DNA from: Octopus vulgaris
Lineage: Eukaryota
NCBI GenBank assembly: GCA_951406725.2
Contig: OX597821.1
Span: forward strand, 45,694,001-45,758,000
Direction of reading: 5' to 3'
Length of the DNA stretch: 64,000 bases
In this document: positions 27,668 through 41,832 of the stretch, piece after piece
How the letters are laid out: every line of letters starts with the position of its first letter
How positions within the stretch are numbered: the stretch's first letter is position 1
The notes under the pieces: model-generated
Seen by the model: only the letters and a program-made list of their open reading frames with translations
The model's database searches: none
Told to the model about the DNA's origin: nothing
Made by a program: the position numbers and the translations under genes

Positions 27668-27881
27668 CATATTGAATATATATATATATTCAAAATATTG
27701 ATATATATATATATATATATATATCTGTATATATATATATATATATATATAGCCATATATATATATGTGTGTGTACATATAAATTATATTTATATATTTA
27801 TATATATATAAATTATATATATATATTATAGACACGCACACGCTCAAACACATACACACGCACACATACATATACACAAAT

Positions 27882-27923
<42 letters not shown>

Positions 27924-28167
27924 TGTATATATATATATATATATTATAGGTATGTATTATTTATCTATCTAGATTGCTAGATAGATATTTGTATATGCAT
28001 ATCTCTATATGTGTATATACTCTTTTATGTAATATGTATTTATATGCATTCATACAAACTTTGCATATGTGTGTGTTTATATGTGTATATATAAATGTAT
28101 ATATATGTGTATATATATGTGAATGTATATATATATGTGTATATATATAAGTATATATATGTGTATG

Positions 28168-28202
<35 letters not shown>

Positions 28203-28300
28203 TATATATGTATGTATATATACATATGCATATATATATGTTCGTATATGTATATATGTATATATAGGTATATATAAATGTCTATCTATCTATCTATCTA

Positions 28301-28352
<52 letters not shown>

Positions 28353-28538
28353 TAGGTAGATAGATAGAGATACATACATACAGGTGTGGCTGTGTGGTAA
28401 GAAGCTTGCTTCGCAACCACATGGTTCCTGGTTTGGTCTCAGTTCTTGGCATCTTGGGTATGTGCGTTCTGCTATAGCCTCTGGCTGACCAAAGCTTTGT
28501 GAGGTGTTTTTGCCAACGGAAACTGAAAGAAATACATC

Positions 28539-28599
<61 letters not shown>

Positions 28600-28603
<4 letters not shown>

Positions 28604-28812
28604 ATCCAAACATGAAACCACAAAGAGAAAACAGAACAACGCGAGGACGTGGAACAAGTATAGTGCTATTGGACGCTCAGAAAAAGAAAGAAAGAAGGAG
28701 GATTTAACGTTTCGAGTGGAACTCCTCGTCAGAAACATAGGAAAAAGAAAGATCCAAGGAAGGGAAGGCGGAGGAAAAAAATTGCCAACTGAACAGAAGC
28801 GGTTACATTTTC
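28600..28812 (-). mobile_element. Solo PLE-type 3' tail abutting (TA)n
   Basis: Reverse-complement homologue of 26320-26520. Confidence 0.75.
28702..28736 (-). ncRNA. Minimal type I hammerhead ribozyme motif with canonical CUGACGA core
   Basis: gttt CTGACGA G GAGT tcc ACTC GAAAC GTT aaat. Confidence 0.68.
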
Positions 28813-28854
28813 AATATCTATATACATATATATGTATATATATATATGTGTATG

Positions 28855-28902
<48 letters not shown>

Positions 28903-29717
28903 TATATATGTATATATATATATACACACATATATATATATATATATATATTACAAATAAGAAAATGTAGAAGCACATTAGTTGGTTCATCAGCTTTAGG
29001 ATATTAAAATGTTGACTTAATTATTTTATCAAGACGACAACCATAATAACATACATATCCCCGTGTGTGTGTCTGTGCTTGTGTTCATCTCATCATTTGA
29101 CCACCAGTGTTAGTACCTGTAATCTAGCGTACCTGTAATCTAGAGGTTCGGCTTAAGAGACCTAGAGAATAAGTACTAGTCATAAAATAAATATAACTTC
29201 TGTGGTCGATTGTTCGACTACAACACCTCAAGGCGATGTTCCTTCATGGCTGCAGTCAAATGACTGAAACAATTAAAAGAATATATACATGTGTATATGT
29301 GTATAAGTATATGTATATATTCTCTTATTCTTTTATTTGTATTAGTCTTTGGACAGCATTTGAATGTTTTATGCTAGTGGTACTCAGCCATATTTTTTGT
29401 CGACACCATCGATTCCTCTTTTACTCAGGTGGACCCCAATAGGCATTTGATGTTTTAAAAATAATTTTACAATTCACTTGTATTCGGAATTCTAGTAAAA
29501 TATTTTGTGAATTGTAGAAGTACAACTAATTTATTGCACTTCAATTTTAACAACAAAATCTTACATAGACCTCCAAGGGTCATATGGACCCCGTTTGAGA
29601 ACTACAGGTTTATGAGAACAAATCGGACACCGTAATTATTTAGAATGTATCAAAACATCATTTTGCCGAAACAGTAAGTTACGGGGAAAGGTAAAGAAAC
29701 TAACAGCAGTTACCAAA

Positions 29718-29751
<34 letters not shown>

Positions 29752-29937
29752 ACGATACGTTTCCACAATCTCCCAAATTCAGAAACAATGTAGTCGTTAG
29801 CTTGAGGCTAGCAAAGAAGCTACTTGCCAGGTCGTCGCACTTTGGGACTACACATGTAAACACATATTTGTGAAGCATATGTCTTAAGCATACAGGCACG
29901 CATACATACATAATACATACATACATACATACATACA

Positions 29938-29971
<34 letters not shown>

Positions 29972-30011
29972 CATACATACATGCATACATACGTATGTGT
30001 GTATATTCATA

Positions 30012-30127
<116 letters not shown>

Positions 30128-30162
30128 CACACACACACACACACACATACATATCTTTCATG

Positions 30163-30531
30163 TACTTGTTTCAGTAGAAACATTTTTTAGTCGAATAAAT
30201 CGACCACAATACTTATTTATTTTTTTAAAACCTGTTATTTTTCTATCGAACTCTTTTACCAAAACGTTAAGTTACGTGGACGTAAAACACACTAATGCCG
30301 GTGGTCTATTGGTGGTGGGGAACAAACACATCTACAAAGACACACACACACATACACCTCCCCACACACACATACGACGGGCGTCTTCCAGTTTCCTCAA
30401 TCAAATCTTCTCACAAGGCTGTGGTCGGCCCGGGGCTGTAATAGAGGACACTTTTCAAAGATGCCTCGAAGTGGGACTGAACCCGGAACAATGTCTTTGG
30501 AAAGCAAGCTTCATACCACTCAGCCATGCCT
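30163..30531 (-). mobile_element. CORE-type SINE, diverged
   Basis: Reverse complement of head aggcatggctgagtggt...ggttcagtccc and of the body. Confidence 0.8.
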
Positions 30532-30543
30532 ACATATGAATGC

Positions 30544-30594
<51 letters not shown>

Positions 30595-32805
30595 TACACA
30601 CACACACACGGTGTGTATGTTTGTGTGTGTGTACATATGCACATACACGCACACATATGGATTCATACAGTTATACACTCATATATATAAACAGTTTTAC
30701 GTAGGGGGAGATAATAACACTTCTGCTGTTTTATAAGTTACAAGCTTATACAGACTTTCGCATACGCATTGACTCGGGCGCGCGCACACACACACACATA
30801 CACACACCTTGAAATACATACCTACGCGAGCGAGCGCACAGTAGAAATTAAAACAAGTATATTGCACTCACACGCGCACGCACTTGCTTATAAGCGCGCA
30901 CGCACATACGCTCACTCACCCATGTACAACATGCATAGATGAACATATACACTTTTATTCATATTCTGCCGGCTGCAGTTTCAAAATATAAAATTTATTA
31001 GCAATTGTTTTTTTTTATATATATTTTCTTATTTGTAAAATTAAATTAATTGACGTTGTCATTTCCGTAATACAATAAAAGCAAAGATTTGTAATATAAA
31101 TTTTGAAAGAATCCTTGATTCTTAAAAAAATATTCATTTGAATTTAATTAATTTAAAAATTTCAAACATGTGTTTATTAAGTATTATGAAATGCAAGGAT
31201 TCCTATAAGGAAGTCATTATGTACATATGTGTATGTACGTGCGCTTTATATGTGTGCGAATGATATGTATGGGTGATTGTCTGGATTTTTATGGTAATTT
31301 TGCAACTAAGTGGCGACACGTCAACATAAACATGAAATCAGTTGAATATTTAAGTATATTTAATATTCAGAAAAATCTATAGTTTCTGAGCCGATTTAAT
31401 ATTTTATGCATTAATGTTTATAACTCCCTGACTGCAACCCTCAGATGGGTTGGTGGTGGTGATGGTAGGGCTCTTTCAATTATCACCCAGAAATAAATCC
31501 CACGCTTTTAATGAATCTGTGTCTTACTCGTTCTGACTATTTGTGCGACTGTTATGCTTGTATGTATGTGTATGTGCGTGAATCTGTGTTTGTGAGTACT
31601 TTTTGATATGTACAACATATGTCTGTATGCAGACTATATGAAAGCGTAGTTGTTGAAAGGTTGTGTATGTGTGTTCGAGTACGTGCTTGTTTGCGTTTAT
31701 ACATCCTCCTATTCCCAACACCCTCGACATACTTCTCTTCTCGTAGCATTGGCACTCTTCCTACTCCTACTTCCTCTACACTCTTCTTTTTCCCTCCTTC
31801 GTTTTTTGTCTTCCTTTCATCCACAGCCATATTACCGTCAAGCTAGTGAAAGACAGAAGAAATAGTGTGTAATAAAAGCAGACACGAGAAAAAGGAGGGG
31901 GAGAAAAAAAAAGAGATTAATGAAATAAAAATGGTGGGAGTGCAACCAATATTATTAGAGTGAGTGAAATGCGGAGTGAGAGAAAGAGTAACAGATTAAC
32001 AGTAGAAGGCAGCAGTGAAATATGTTTGGAAAAATACATTTACGTTCTGTTTTAATCACAGGACTCTTTTGAGATGTTTTCATCCATTCACTCACTCTAT
32101 CTTCGACGCTAGAACTGCTGCCTTTTTACCTTACCAACATAAAATAGTTTCGGTGAGAAAAGTGGATGTGTTATTTCCTGATTTGAATGGAAGGGTTTTC
32201 ATGTCTCTGTCTCTTACTGATACTCTCCTCGTTAAGTGAGTGTTAGAAGCTGAGTGGAGTACAGTACAGTTCTGCGACTACAACTGCAAACGTCGACGTC
32301 CTCTCTTGCCTGCATTTGTTGTTACTTTTCACCTATCCCTTCTCTTTCACTTTCCTTCTTCTCTACTAGATTCTTCTCATTTTCGTTCTTGCCCCCCTAT
32401 CACTCGTCATCTCGATGTTCTTTCTCACTCCGTTAAATGTTACTCTAGCTTGCCGACTGTGTGTGTGATTCTAGTCTTGTTTAGATTAGTCTGTTAGATG
32501 TGCTTCATTTGGATATTTTTAAAAATACACGTTTATTCGGAAGACGTTATGTAGAAGTAGACGGTGTATTATACCCTTGATGGTATACCAATACACGTTT
32601 TCACTTAATTGTATACATATACACTGGATACCTCCAGAACAGTTAAGAATTTAACTGGATTATAAAACAAAAATATGTATGTTAAATAGCAATTAGGATA
32701 AGCTTAAATTAATTGGTCGAAAAAGCAAAGGAAATTCTGGATTACCATCATAACTGAAGGAGCTGTTATATCTCTTATTTAAAGGAAATATTACAATTTT
32801 GATCT

Positions 32806-32921
32806 ATGAAACGCCAAAAACAATCCGGCACTGCCGGTAAAGTGTCGGCTTTTTCGACCACACATTCGCAAAATTCTGGACCTCACACTACGATCGCAAG
32901 GGCTAAAGCCTATGGATTAAT
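32806..32921 (+). CDS. Candidate first coding exon of an unidentified gene (MKRQKQSGTAGKVSAFSTTHSQNSGPHTTIARAKAYGL, phase 2)
   Basis: ATG at 32806, open frame with higher GC than flanks, strong donor GTAAGT at 32922; preceded by ~800 bp of repeat-free UTR-like DNA. No homology recognised. Confidence 0.35.
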
Positions 32922-34982
32922 GTAAGTACGCAAAAAAAATATATTTTAATTGCTCCTTCATCGCTTCTTACATTTTATTGTCAATATTTGTCATATTTGC
33001 CAGACATTATACATAACTCTGTCATTTATTATTCTTGCTGCGACCCACTCTATCATCTCGGCCATTTTTTGTTAACGTATTTATTTTCATCGTACTCTCT
33101 CCACACCCCTCTGTTTATATTTTTTCTATACATATGAAACGAGACTGTTTTCTGGCATCTACTGGCTCAACTCGACAATCTATGCCGTTTTCATACATAA
33201 ACACACGGAGCACACACGGACACACAGACACATTCGCACAAATACACGCACAAACACACACACACACATACACATGCCTCCAGCACAACTCTACTATTTA
33301 CTTCGACTGTCTATGCCGCTATGTTATACATTTGCCTTGCTGAATTTTCCTTTCTCTTTCTCTTCTTTCTATTATTCCTATTCACACATCTACCCAATCA
33401 ACTTAATTCTGATCTCAGATTTATTCAGCTTTTTTTTAGTATATTAGTCAATTAAAATACGCCTATTTCTCACAACTCACTCACTCTACATTACACTTTG
33501 TCATCAATCTGTCTGTCTCTAATTTTCTCTTCAGCCAAACATAACCTTACTTCCCCCACCACTCTTTTACTTTACGTTCACATTCTTATCATGAATACAC
33601 ACACGATTCTTTCTAACTCTTAAGCGCCTTTATTTTTCTCAACCTCGGTCATATAAGTACTCACATTTTGTTTTTCAAAAGTCAGAGGTGTATATTACTC
33701 CTTTCCGGCTTTTAATCTCGCTTTTTCTCACAGATGCACATAAGACACACATACACATATATACGCACACTCTGACACAAGCACATGCGTGCGAAGATAC
33801 GCGCGTGCTCTTACTCGGGCATAAACGCATACACGCATACGTACACAGTTATTCTTTCTTACAAACACAGGCACATAGCTCATATGCACATATGCGAATG
33901 TACACACACTCACATAGACTTGTGCACATTCACATATTCATGAGGCATATGAATATTGTGCACATTATATGTAAATGTAAATAAAAGCTAGTTGTTTTCT
34001 TAATAAATGCTTTTCATCGCATGTCTTATATTTCTCATTAAATGTGTAGCTTATTGTTATAATATCTAACATCTAACTAACATTGGCATCATTTGTTGCT
34101 TGTGAGGACGAGTGTTGCTAGACCAGGTAGTAGTGCTGGCAAAGATTGTAGCTGCAATGCAATGCAAAGAGAGCAGCAATAGCTTTACTGATAGTTGTAG
34201 TGGTAATATTCATATTAATATTACTAGTAATAGCATCAGTATTGGACAGCTATGCTGGGGGAAAAAAATAGAGAAAAAGCGTGTGAGCTACCAACAACCG
34301 TTTCATGTTTCACCATAATATGGCTTATCTATATTTCAACCTGTTCCAATATTACAAGCGAATACCGCTTGTTAATGTTTGCTTTATTTTTACCCTACAT
34401 TACCAGCTGTAGTATACATATTTATCTGTTCTCCTGTTCTATAATTATTAGAGCATTGTTAATGTTTGTGTTTTGTTCTCAACATCACACAAATGATTAT
34501 TAAATGATTGTTTTAATTTGTGTGTGTGTGTGTGTGAATGTGTATATAAATACACACAGACAGACACACACACACACACACACACATATGAGCATGGATG
34601 AATGAGAGTATTTGTATATCAATTTATCTCTCTCTAACAATATATATGTATCATTCTTTCTATTTGGCTTCTATTGTTTACACATGTATATCAATTAATA
34701 TTGATTTTTTTACGTTAGCACAAGGCTACAGATTTGTACTTGCCGTTGACGGGCAATTATTTTATCGACCTTGAGAGATAAAGTCGACTACGATATGATT
34801 TGAACTCAGTAAGAAGAGGGAGTAACTAAATACTAAAAATCCATTTATTTAACTTTACTATTTTTTGTACTCACACAAACACACACACACACACTACGCA
34901 CATATATATGCATACACACCACATCACACATACATATAAACAAATATGTATATGTGTGAGTATACACTTATGTATGGCATTC

Positions 34983-35019
<37 letters not shown>

Positions 35020-35236
35020 ATACACACACATACAGATTTTATGAGTGCTTGTGTGTGGTGTGAGCGTGTGTATATTTGCATGTACATTGGAGAAAAATAT
35101 ATACAGATAGATAAATATGGAGGGAGAGAGAGAAGAGAGAGAGAGTGTGTGTGTGTGTGTGAGTGAAAGGGAGAGAGAACACATATCACATATATTATAG
35201 AGACAGCAAAATGGAGAAAAAGAGGAATAGAGATTA

Positions 35237-35243
35237 CTGCTGT

Positions 35244-35300
<57 letters not shown>

Positions 35301-35406
35301 CACTACCACCACCACCACCAGCACCACCACTACCACTACTACTATAGCCGCTGCTGCTGCTGCTACTACTGCTGCTGCTGCTGCTGGTTTTGCTGTTGCC
35401 GCTACT
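35237..35406. repeat. Compound trinucleotide repeat (CTA)n(CCA)n(CTG)n
   Basis: Direct observation. Confidence 0.95.
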
Positions 35407-35479
35407 AAGTCAACGTTGTGAAGATAAACGGTTTATCTTTATTTTATCACGGCAAACTAACTGAATAGCTATTAAGCTG

Positions 35480-35612
35480 AAATAGGTCACGTGGCTTTTG
35501 TGTTAATAAAATACATTGTATTTGAATTGACTCGGTTTTAAGAATATATTGACGTCATTGGTGCCATTTCTCTGTCCCAATAAAGATCCACCATTATAAC
35601 CGCCCTCCCCTC
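35480..35612. promoter_or_regulatory. Candidate promoter/enhancer motif cluster
   Basis: CACGTG 35488-35493, full CRE TGACGTCA 35550-35557, ATTGG 35557-35561, CCAAT 35577-35581 and GC-box-like CCGCCC 35600-35605 within ~120 bp. Confidence 0.35.
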
Positions 35613-36008
35613 ACTGCGTTGCTACCACCTCCGTCCACTATTGCCATCACCACCGCCGCCCTGTATTAGCTGCAGCAGCAGCAGTAGTAGTAGTAGTAGT
35701 AGTCAGCAGCAATACCTTCGTCTCGCCGTGTAGTTATGGTGTTAGTGGTAGCGTAATTTTCGGAATTAGACTGCAGACTTACTAACGCGCACTGACTGTT
35801 ATATTTACCTTCCTTGGCAGTAGTCCACATTATTAATTCGTTGTTACTAACGACGGTATTTCTGATTTTAAATTCTTGTCCTTCACATAGAGTATAAATA
35901 TCATTTTCAAAGCCACACATTGCATGGCTATTTGACGAGTAAACATACGGGCTACTATGGTACAAAATATGTGAAATAATAAAAATAGGGATTGAATTGT
36001 ACAGCACG

Positions 36009-36049
<41 letters not shown>

Positions 36050-37734
36050 CGTGTGTGCGCGCGCGCGTGCGTGTGTGTGTGTATGCATGTGTGTGTTTGT
36101 GTGTGAGCGTGTGAGTCTTGTATAATATTGCTACGTTGAATGTTTTATTGTTTAAAACAATTTTGTTCAAACTAAAAGTTGATATTGAACACCCAAAAGT
36201 ATGAAGATACATACAAGTATGGCATTTCACAGTTTTGCTCTGATCTTAAATGCCCCAACAAATACGAATCGATTATAAACATATGTCCATACTTAAGCGA
36301 GTGTTGAAATCCTCCAAACTGCTGGCTGTTAAGCATATGTGCAAAGTGTTTTGCAATCAAAAGGCTCTCTCAACTATATTCAAATTGTTGAATTGGCAGG
36401 TTGTTCAACAATCGGTAGTAACGAGTATGCAAGCAACATATCTATTTAAACTGTTGACGTGTGCAGTATAAATTGTAAGTTTACAGAACAAGCTATTGAC
36501 GTGTGCTAGTCGGTTAAATCTACAATTGTCAGCTGTCGACGTTGATAATTGACCAAAGAGTAAACTGTAGATATATATTTATTGATACATGTAGTGTATC
36601 CTGATTTGTCTAAATTGGTTACAGTGGCATTATTAGTCTTCAGTTTGTTTTGCATCATTGCTAAATTGTATTGTGACATCATCACGCTTAGTCGACTTAT
36701 TAATACTATGGTTTAGTACCAATGAGTGCAATTTTTGTGCGTTTAATGATTGCATGCGCTGATGTAAGATATGTAAGCAATGTAAACGTTAATATAAACA
36801 TACTCAATGGCTTCACTCAATACTATCGGTTGATGACACGTGTCAAGTAGTTAGTTTTCTGAAATGTACCGCGAACTGATGATACAGATTTAAAGGCAAT
36901 GAGAATTACTAACGACAACAGTAGTCAGTTACTAATAACAACGGGACCAACAACAGAAAATGTCAGTAGGAGAGCAAGATTGAATTGTATTTAATCTACT
37001 TGCAGAATAGATTGATTAAGTTTAAATGTTGATGTTTATAATAATCGTCTTGAGTTTGGATGAATTTTGTGATATCTCTACAATCGATGAATACCTTTTA
37101 AACATGATTGGAGAACTAATATTAAAGATCTGTGCTTAGAATTTTATGATTCTTAAACTGCTTGGAGGTTTTATGATGTTATTGTTTACACTTGCAAGTA
37201 TGTATGTATGTATGTATGTTTGTATGTATGTATGTATGTATGTATGTATGTATGTATGTATGTATGTATGTATGTATGTATGTATGTATGTATGTATGCA
37301 TGCACACACGGACGTATCTATCTGTCTGTCTGTCTGTGTCTTTATTCAATTTTATTTCAAGATTTCTTGCCAATAGAAAAAGAATCGGTTTCCATCCTAG
37401 ATTCAAGGTTCTTTATTGATATTTGACCAATATTAACAACGTATTTTTGCATGTATGAGCGTATGTATGCAGTATTTAGAGTTAGTGCATGTGCAGATTT
37501 GTATGTTTTGTTTTATGAATATATTCTCTTGCATATATTTACATATCTTGACGTGCCATATATATTTAAATGGAAAACTTTAGTGATGATTTCGATCTGT
37601 AGTCATCGAATAAGCTTTCTCCTTTCTGGTTTTGAAAAGCCTAATTTTTCAAGATTGGTTCTCAGGCAGTTTGTTACATATCTCAGTGCCCCCAATAATC
37701 ACTGGTATATATCTGAAATTGTAATTCGGGTAAA

Positions 37735-37765
<31 letters not shown>

Positions 37766-38169
37766 TGTATGTATGTATGTATGTATGTATGAATGTATGT
37801 ATGAATTTATATATACATATAGCTACATGCGCGCACGCACACACATATACACGCTTACACACGCATAAACATGCACGCACAACACTTAACATGGTGTATT
37901 GTGGAACATGTATCAAATAACACATGTAACATGTGACACTTTCACATTTATACTTGAATTTTATTGCTTGGAAATATTTTCGGTGTAAATATTCAGAGTT
38001 GACTTTACCTTGCATTTCCTCGAAGTCGCTAAAATATATATGAGTCAATGAGTCATGTACTACAATCAATTAGATGGCTATATTCAATCGCAGTAAATTT
38101 TTAATTTTGTAACGCATACGGGCTACTGTATAGATATATGTGTATATGTATGCTTGAGTAAGTGAATGA

Positions 38170-38226
<57 letters not shown>

Positions 38227-40887
38227 GAGATAGATAAATAGGGAGAGAGAGAGAGGTAGCTAGCTGTATAAGTTTCAACTTTAATATGGATTTCCATTTG
38301 GCGTAGCTTCATAATTACATTGTTGTTTATTCTCATTTGAAGTAATCTTTATATGAAGCGTATAGACCATAAGTAGAAACCATTACAGACCATGTGCTTA
38401 GTCAAAGTGTGTTTGTTAACAATGGAATATGCATCAGTTTAGGATATATTTTGTTATACTAGAGAAATAATAAAAAAAGAGTCTCTAAAATGATATTCTT
38501 TCTCTAAAATTCATGAAATATGTGCACTTCTAAATCAATTGTTTACATTGTTAAAAATGTAATTATAACCTACTGTTTTTACGAAATATTCGACAGCTTG
38601 TCTAACAACTATGTATCAAGAGTGATTATACATATTTTTATTTTTGCTACCCGTATTATTCTAAACTTGTCACAGAAGACAGTTTTATTGATTAATATAT
38701 TCATTGAAAATGACTTCCGTTTCTTGGTAGTAGTAGAGAGCAAAATGAACTATTGAACTGCAAATATCTAGTATTTGTAATAGCAAAGGTTACATTTTCA
38801 AAAAAGTGTTTAAAAGATTTTGGTAATAATTTGGTAAGTGTTTCTAAATTCTAAATTCAGATTTCGAGTTAGTCGACGATAACCTTGTTATTTTATTAAA
38901 CATTCGGGAGGCATTGTTGTAAAGTAACAATTTCGTATAGTTGATTTGAAATTAGAAATGTGAGACACGGAATGAGATATCATGAAATATTTTCATTAAT
39001 CTATAATTTTCCATCATTCAAACATCTTTAATAGTTTCTTTTGACTTGGCAAAGGCATAGAGTTGACGGTTTTCTTTTTTCTTTCGCAAAGTGGGTGTAT
39101 TATTGTTATTGTAAATTAACCCAGATTAGCCCTGATTGAGAAGGCCTATGATTAAAATGAATCCAGTCATGACCTTCCTGGTTTTTTTTTTGGTTTTTTT
39201 TTTGAAGAATGTCTTGGGCTGCATTATCCGGTGTGCTATTTCTTTTCTCAAGTTAGTGGAGTGTGATTTGAGAGATATTTGATTGTTGTTTCTGGTAGGT
39301 TGAGCAATTACCTCGATGGTTACCACAGTATTATACGCGGTAATATTCACTTGGTAAAATAAAATTTGGAATATTGATTCCTTTGGATTGGATATTTCTT
39401 TATAGTGAGGGGGAGAAATGTCAATTATAATCTCCATGTTTTTGTGCACTGACTCGGCTCTAAGCAGAAATTAAAACTGCCTCAGCATCTCTGCGAATCT
39501 GTCCTTGCAGCTGACACTGTTTAACTAATCAGAATCTTATATTTTCAGAAAGAAAATGGTTTGTTGCGATGTACATCCAACTGCCGAGTCAGTAATTTAC
39601 TTCCAGCTAAGTCCCCTATTCGCCAGAAGTTTACCACTTGCTATGATATTGGTTTCTTTTGCTGAAATCACGTAATATAGTTTTAGTTGAATGAAATGGT
39701 GTATTGTCACGTTCAGTTCTTTTCCATGTGTACAGCTAGTGTAATTGAAGTGAAGTTACTTTTTACAAGTTATTGAAATGCATTGAAATTTCAGTTTGGA
39801 AACCTTGTTGCTCAATAGCTATGATCTTGCACTCTTTCATGTGTAGGAATAGGGTAGCCCAACTTCACAGTTCCTTTTATCTGGGAACTCAAGAACCAAA
39901 GACGCAGCTGTTCTTCTAGTAGAATATTACTGACAAAACTACTGTATATTTCAACGGATTCCATAAGTATGTATTTTGTCTGAAAAGTTCCAGATACTGA
40001 AACAGTTGAACGTCCCGAACCAAGAGATACAAATTCAAGAAATTCTCGACTACGTGTCATACAAATGAATTTCTTTTGTTGACGAATATGGATTTTCACT
40101 AGATCGCTTCCCTACAACTTTGAAATCAGAATTAGGAGGTCTGCAACATTTTCTACTAAGTGACCTGCTTTGATCAGCAACAACCAATTTTAACAAAATT
40201 ACATGCCTGAATGCCTACCGCACATGTAAATACATATCAAGAAAAACTATCGATACGGCTGTAAGCTGCGGCTGCAACTTAAACTTGATGAGTACGTCGT
40301 CAGTTTTCAGTGCCGAGTGCAACATTTCCTCTCGGCATAAATTAAGTTCAGGGTTAGGGTTTTGCACTAAAATGCATTAACTCTTACTACATTTCTTTCT
40401 AGTCAGAAAACCCTTTTGGGTCGGTACAGTTGCTTAGTTTAACACCAATATAATATTGGTTCCGGATTCATTAACCTCGGAAATATGAAATGTGAGGTTC
40501 TTTGCTTAATTTTTATAACCAATGGATGTGTTAATGAATGGAAACATTTACAGAGAGGAAAAGCTGTTTAAAGGTTAGACAGATCTGTCGCAGCGATAGA
40601 ACAGGTTATACATTTTATATATATTAGAATGTACATTAAAAAACGATTGAATCGTGGAAGACACAAGTTAGCTATTTAGAACCATAAAGACCGTTGACGT
40701 AAATATTTATTATTTGTAATAAGGGGTCAAACTGTTCGTCGTTCGAAACTACAACTTGGACACTGACATATGCTGAGATGCAAAACATACCTCCTTTTTC
40801 TGAATGGCTAATGTCTTTCTGAATAGTTAACTTGTGCCACCCACACTGCAATCGTTTTAGTTTCGACGCAATCATGCAAGTATATCT

Positions 40888-40969
<82 letters not shown>

Positions 40970-41801
40970 CTATTAAAGTCGCCCGAGGTAACGGTGCAAA
41001 AACTGCACTTACTGAGAATGTGGTTTAATACATCAAGGGAGATATTTTGTTTTATATACAACATACACTACAAGAATTTCCTTCCTCGACTGTGAACTGG
41101 GTACCACAACGATTTCGGCACCTTCCCTCCAATGGTACCGAGCTGCAATGATACTTCCAGAAGATATTCGGGTTGTTTTGGTTCGTCCTGCTGCGTACTA
41201 TTTCGTTATTTTTGTAGCTACCGCACAAAACCGAGTGCATTTGTAATTAATCCAGTCTTGTAGAAACTATTCATTATTTCTTGATGAGTATTTGTTCTTT
41301 GCTATCCCCTTTGATCATTCTCTTGCAAATTTCTGACATATTCCCGTTGAAGTAATTTCTGTTTCCCTCTTTACTTTGTGAATCACTGTTCTGCTATTCT
41401 TCCCAAGTCCACTGCTAGCAAGGTGGGATATGACGGATCTAGCTACAAACCGTTGCAAGGTTTGAAGTGTTCGGCACATCTTTTGGAAGCATAGAATACT
41501 GCCATCCTCATACCTCACTAGATTCATATTTAAGGCTCTTATTTTCAACAAGATTGTCATTAAAATACTTCCGACTTCTTCGCTGCTATTCAAAAATATG
41601 TAGGATCAAATGTAAATGCTGTCAATGCTATACACATATACACAGAGATACACATATATACACACAAATGCATTCATAGATATATAATATCATTTGGAAT
41701 GATTGTCTACATACTCTGAGAATACTTTGTAAATTGTTTAGAAGTTTGTCTATGTATTTATCAGTCATTGCTATCGACTTTCCCTTCACTGTCTTTCTCT
41801 T

Positions 41802-41832
<31 letters not shown>

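Noticed and set aside
29420-29610. Possible hAT-type MITE end (ggaccccgtttgagaactac)
   Set aside because: Only one terminus-like motif; no partner TIR or 8-bp TSD found
35163-35408. ORF with poly-Y, poly-H and poly-C
   Set aside because: Product of a compound trinucleotide repeat, with no splice or homology support
40350-40360. Telomere-like gggttagggtt (similar taaccc motifs at ~55456 and ~60842)
   Set aside because: Only one or two units; not an interstitial telomeric array
39126-41600. Several 60-130 aa non-repetitive ORFs, including an NPNIFWKY motif
   Set aside because: Possibly very old LINE debris, but no family could be assigned with confidence
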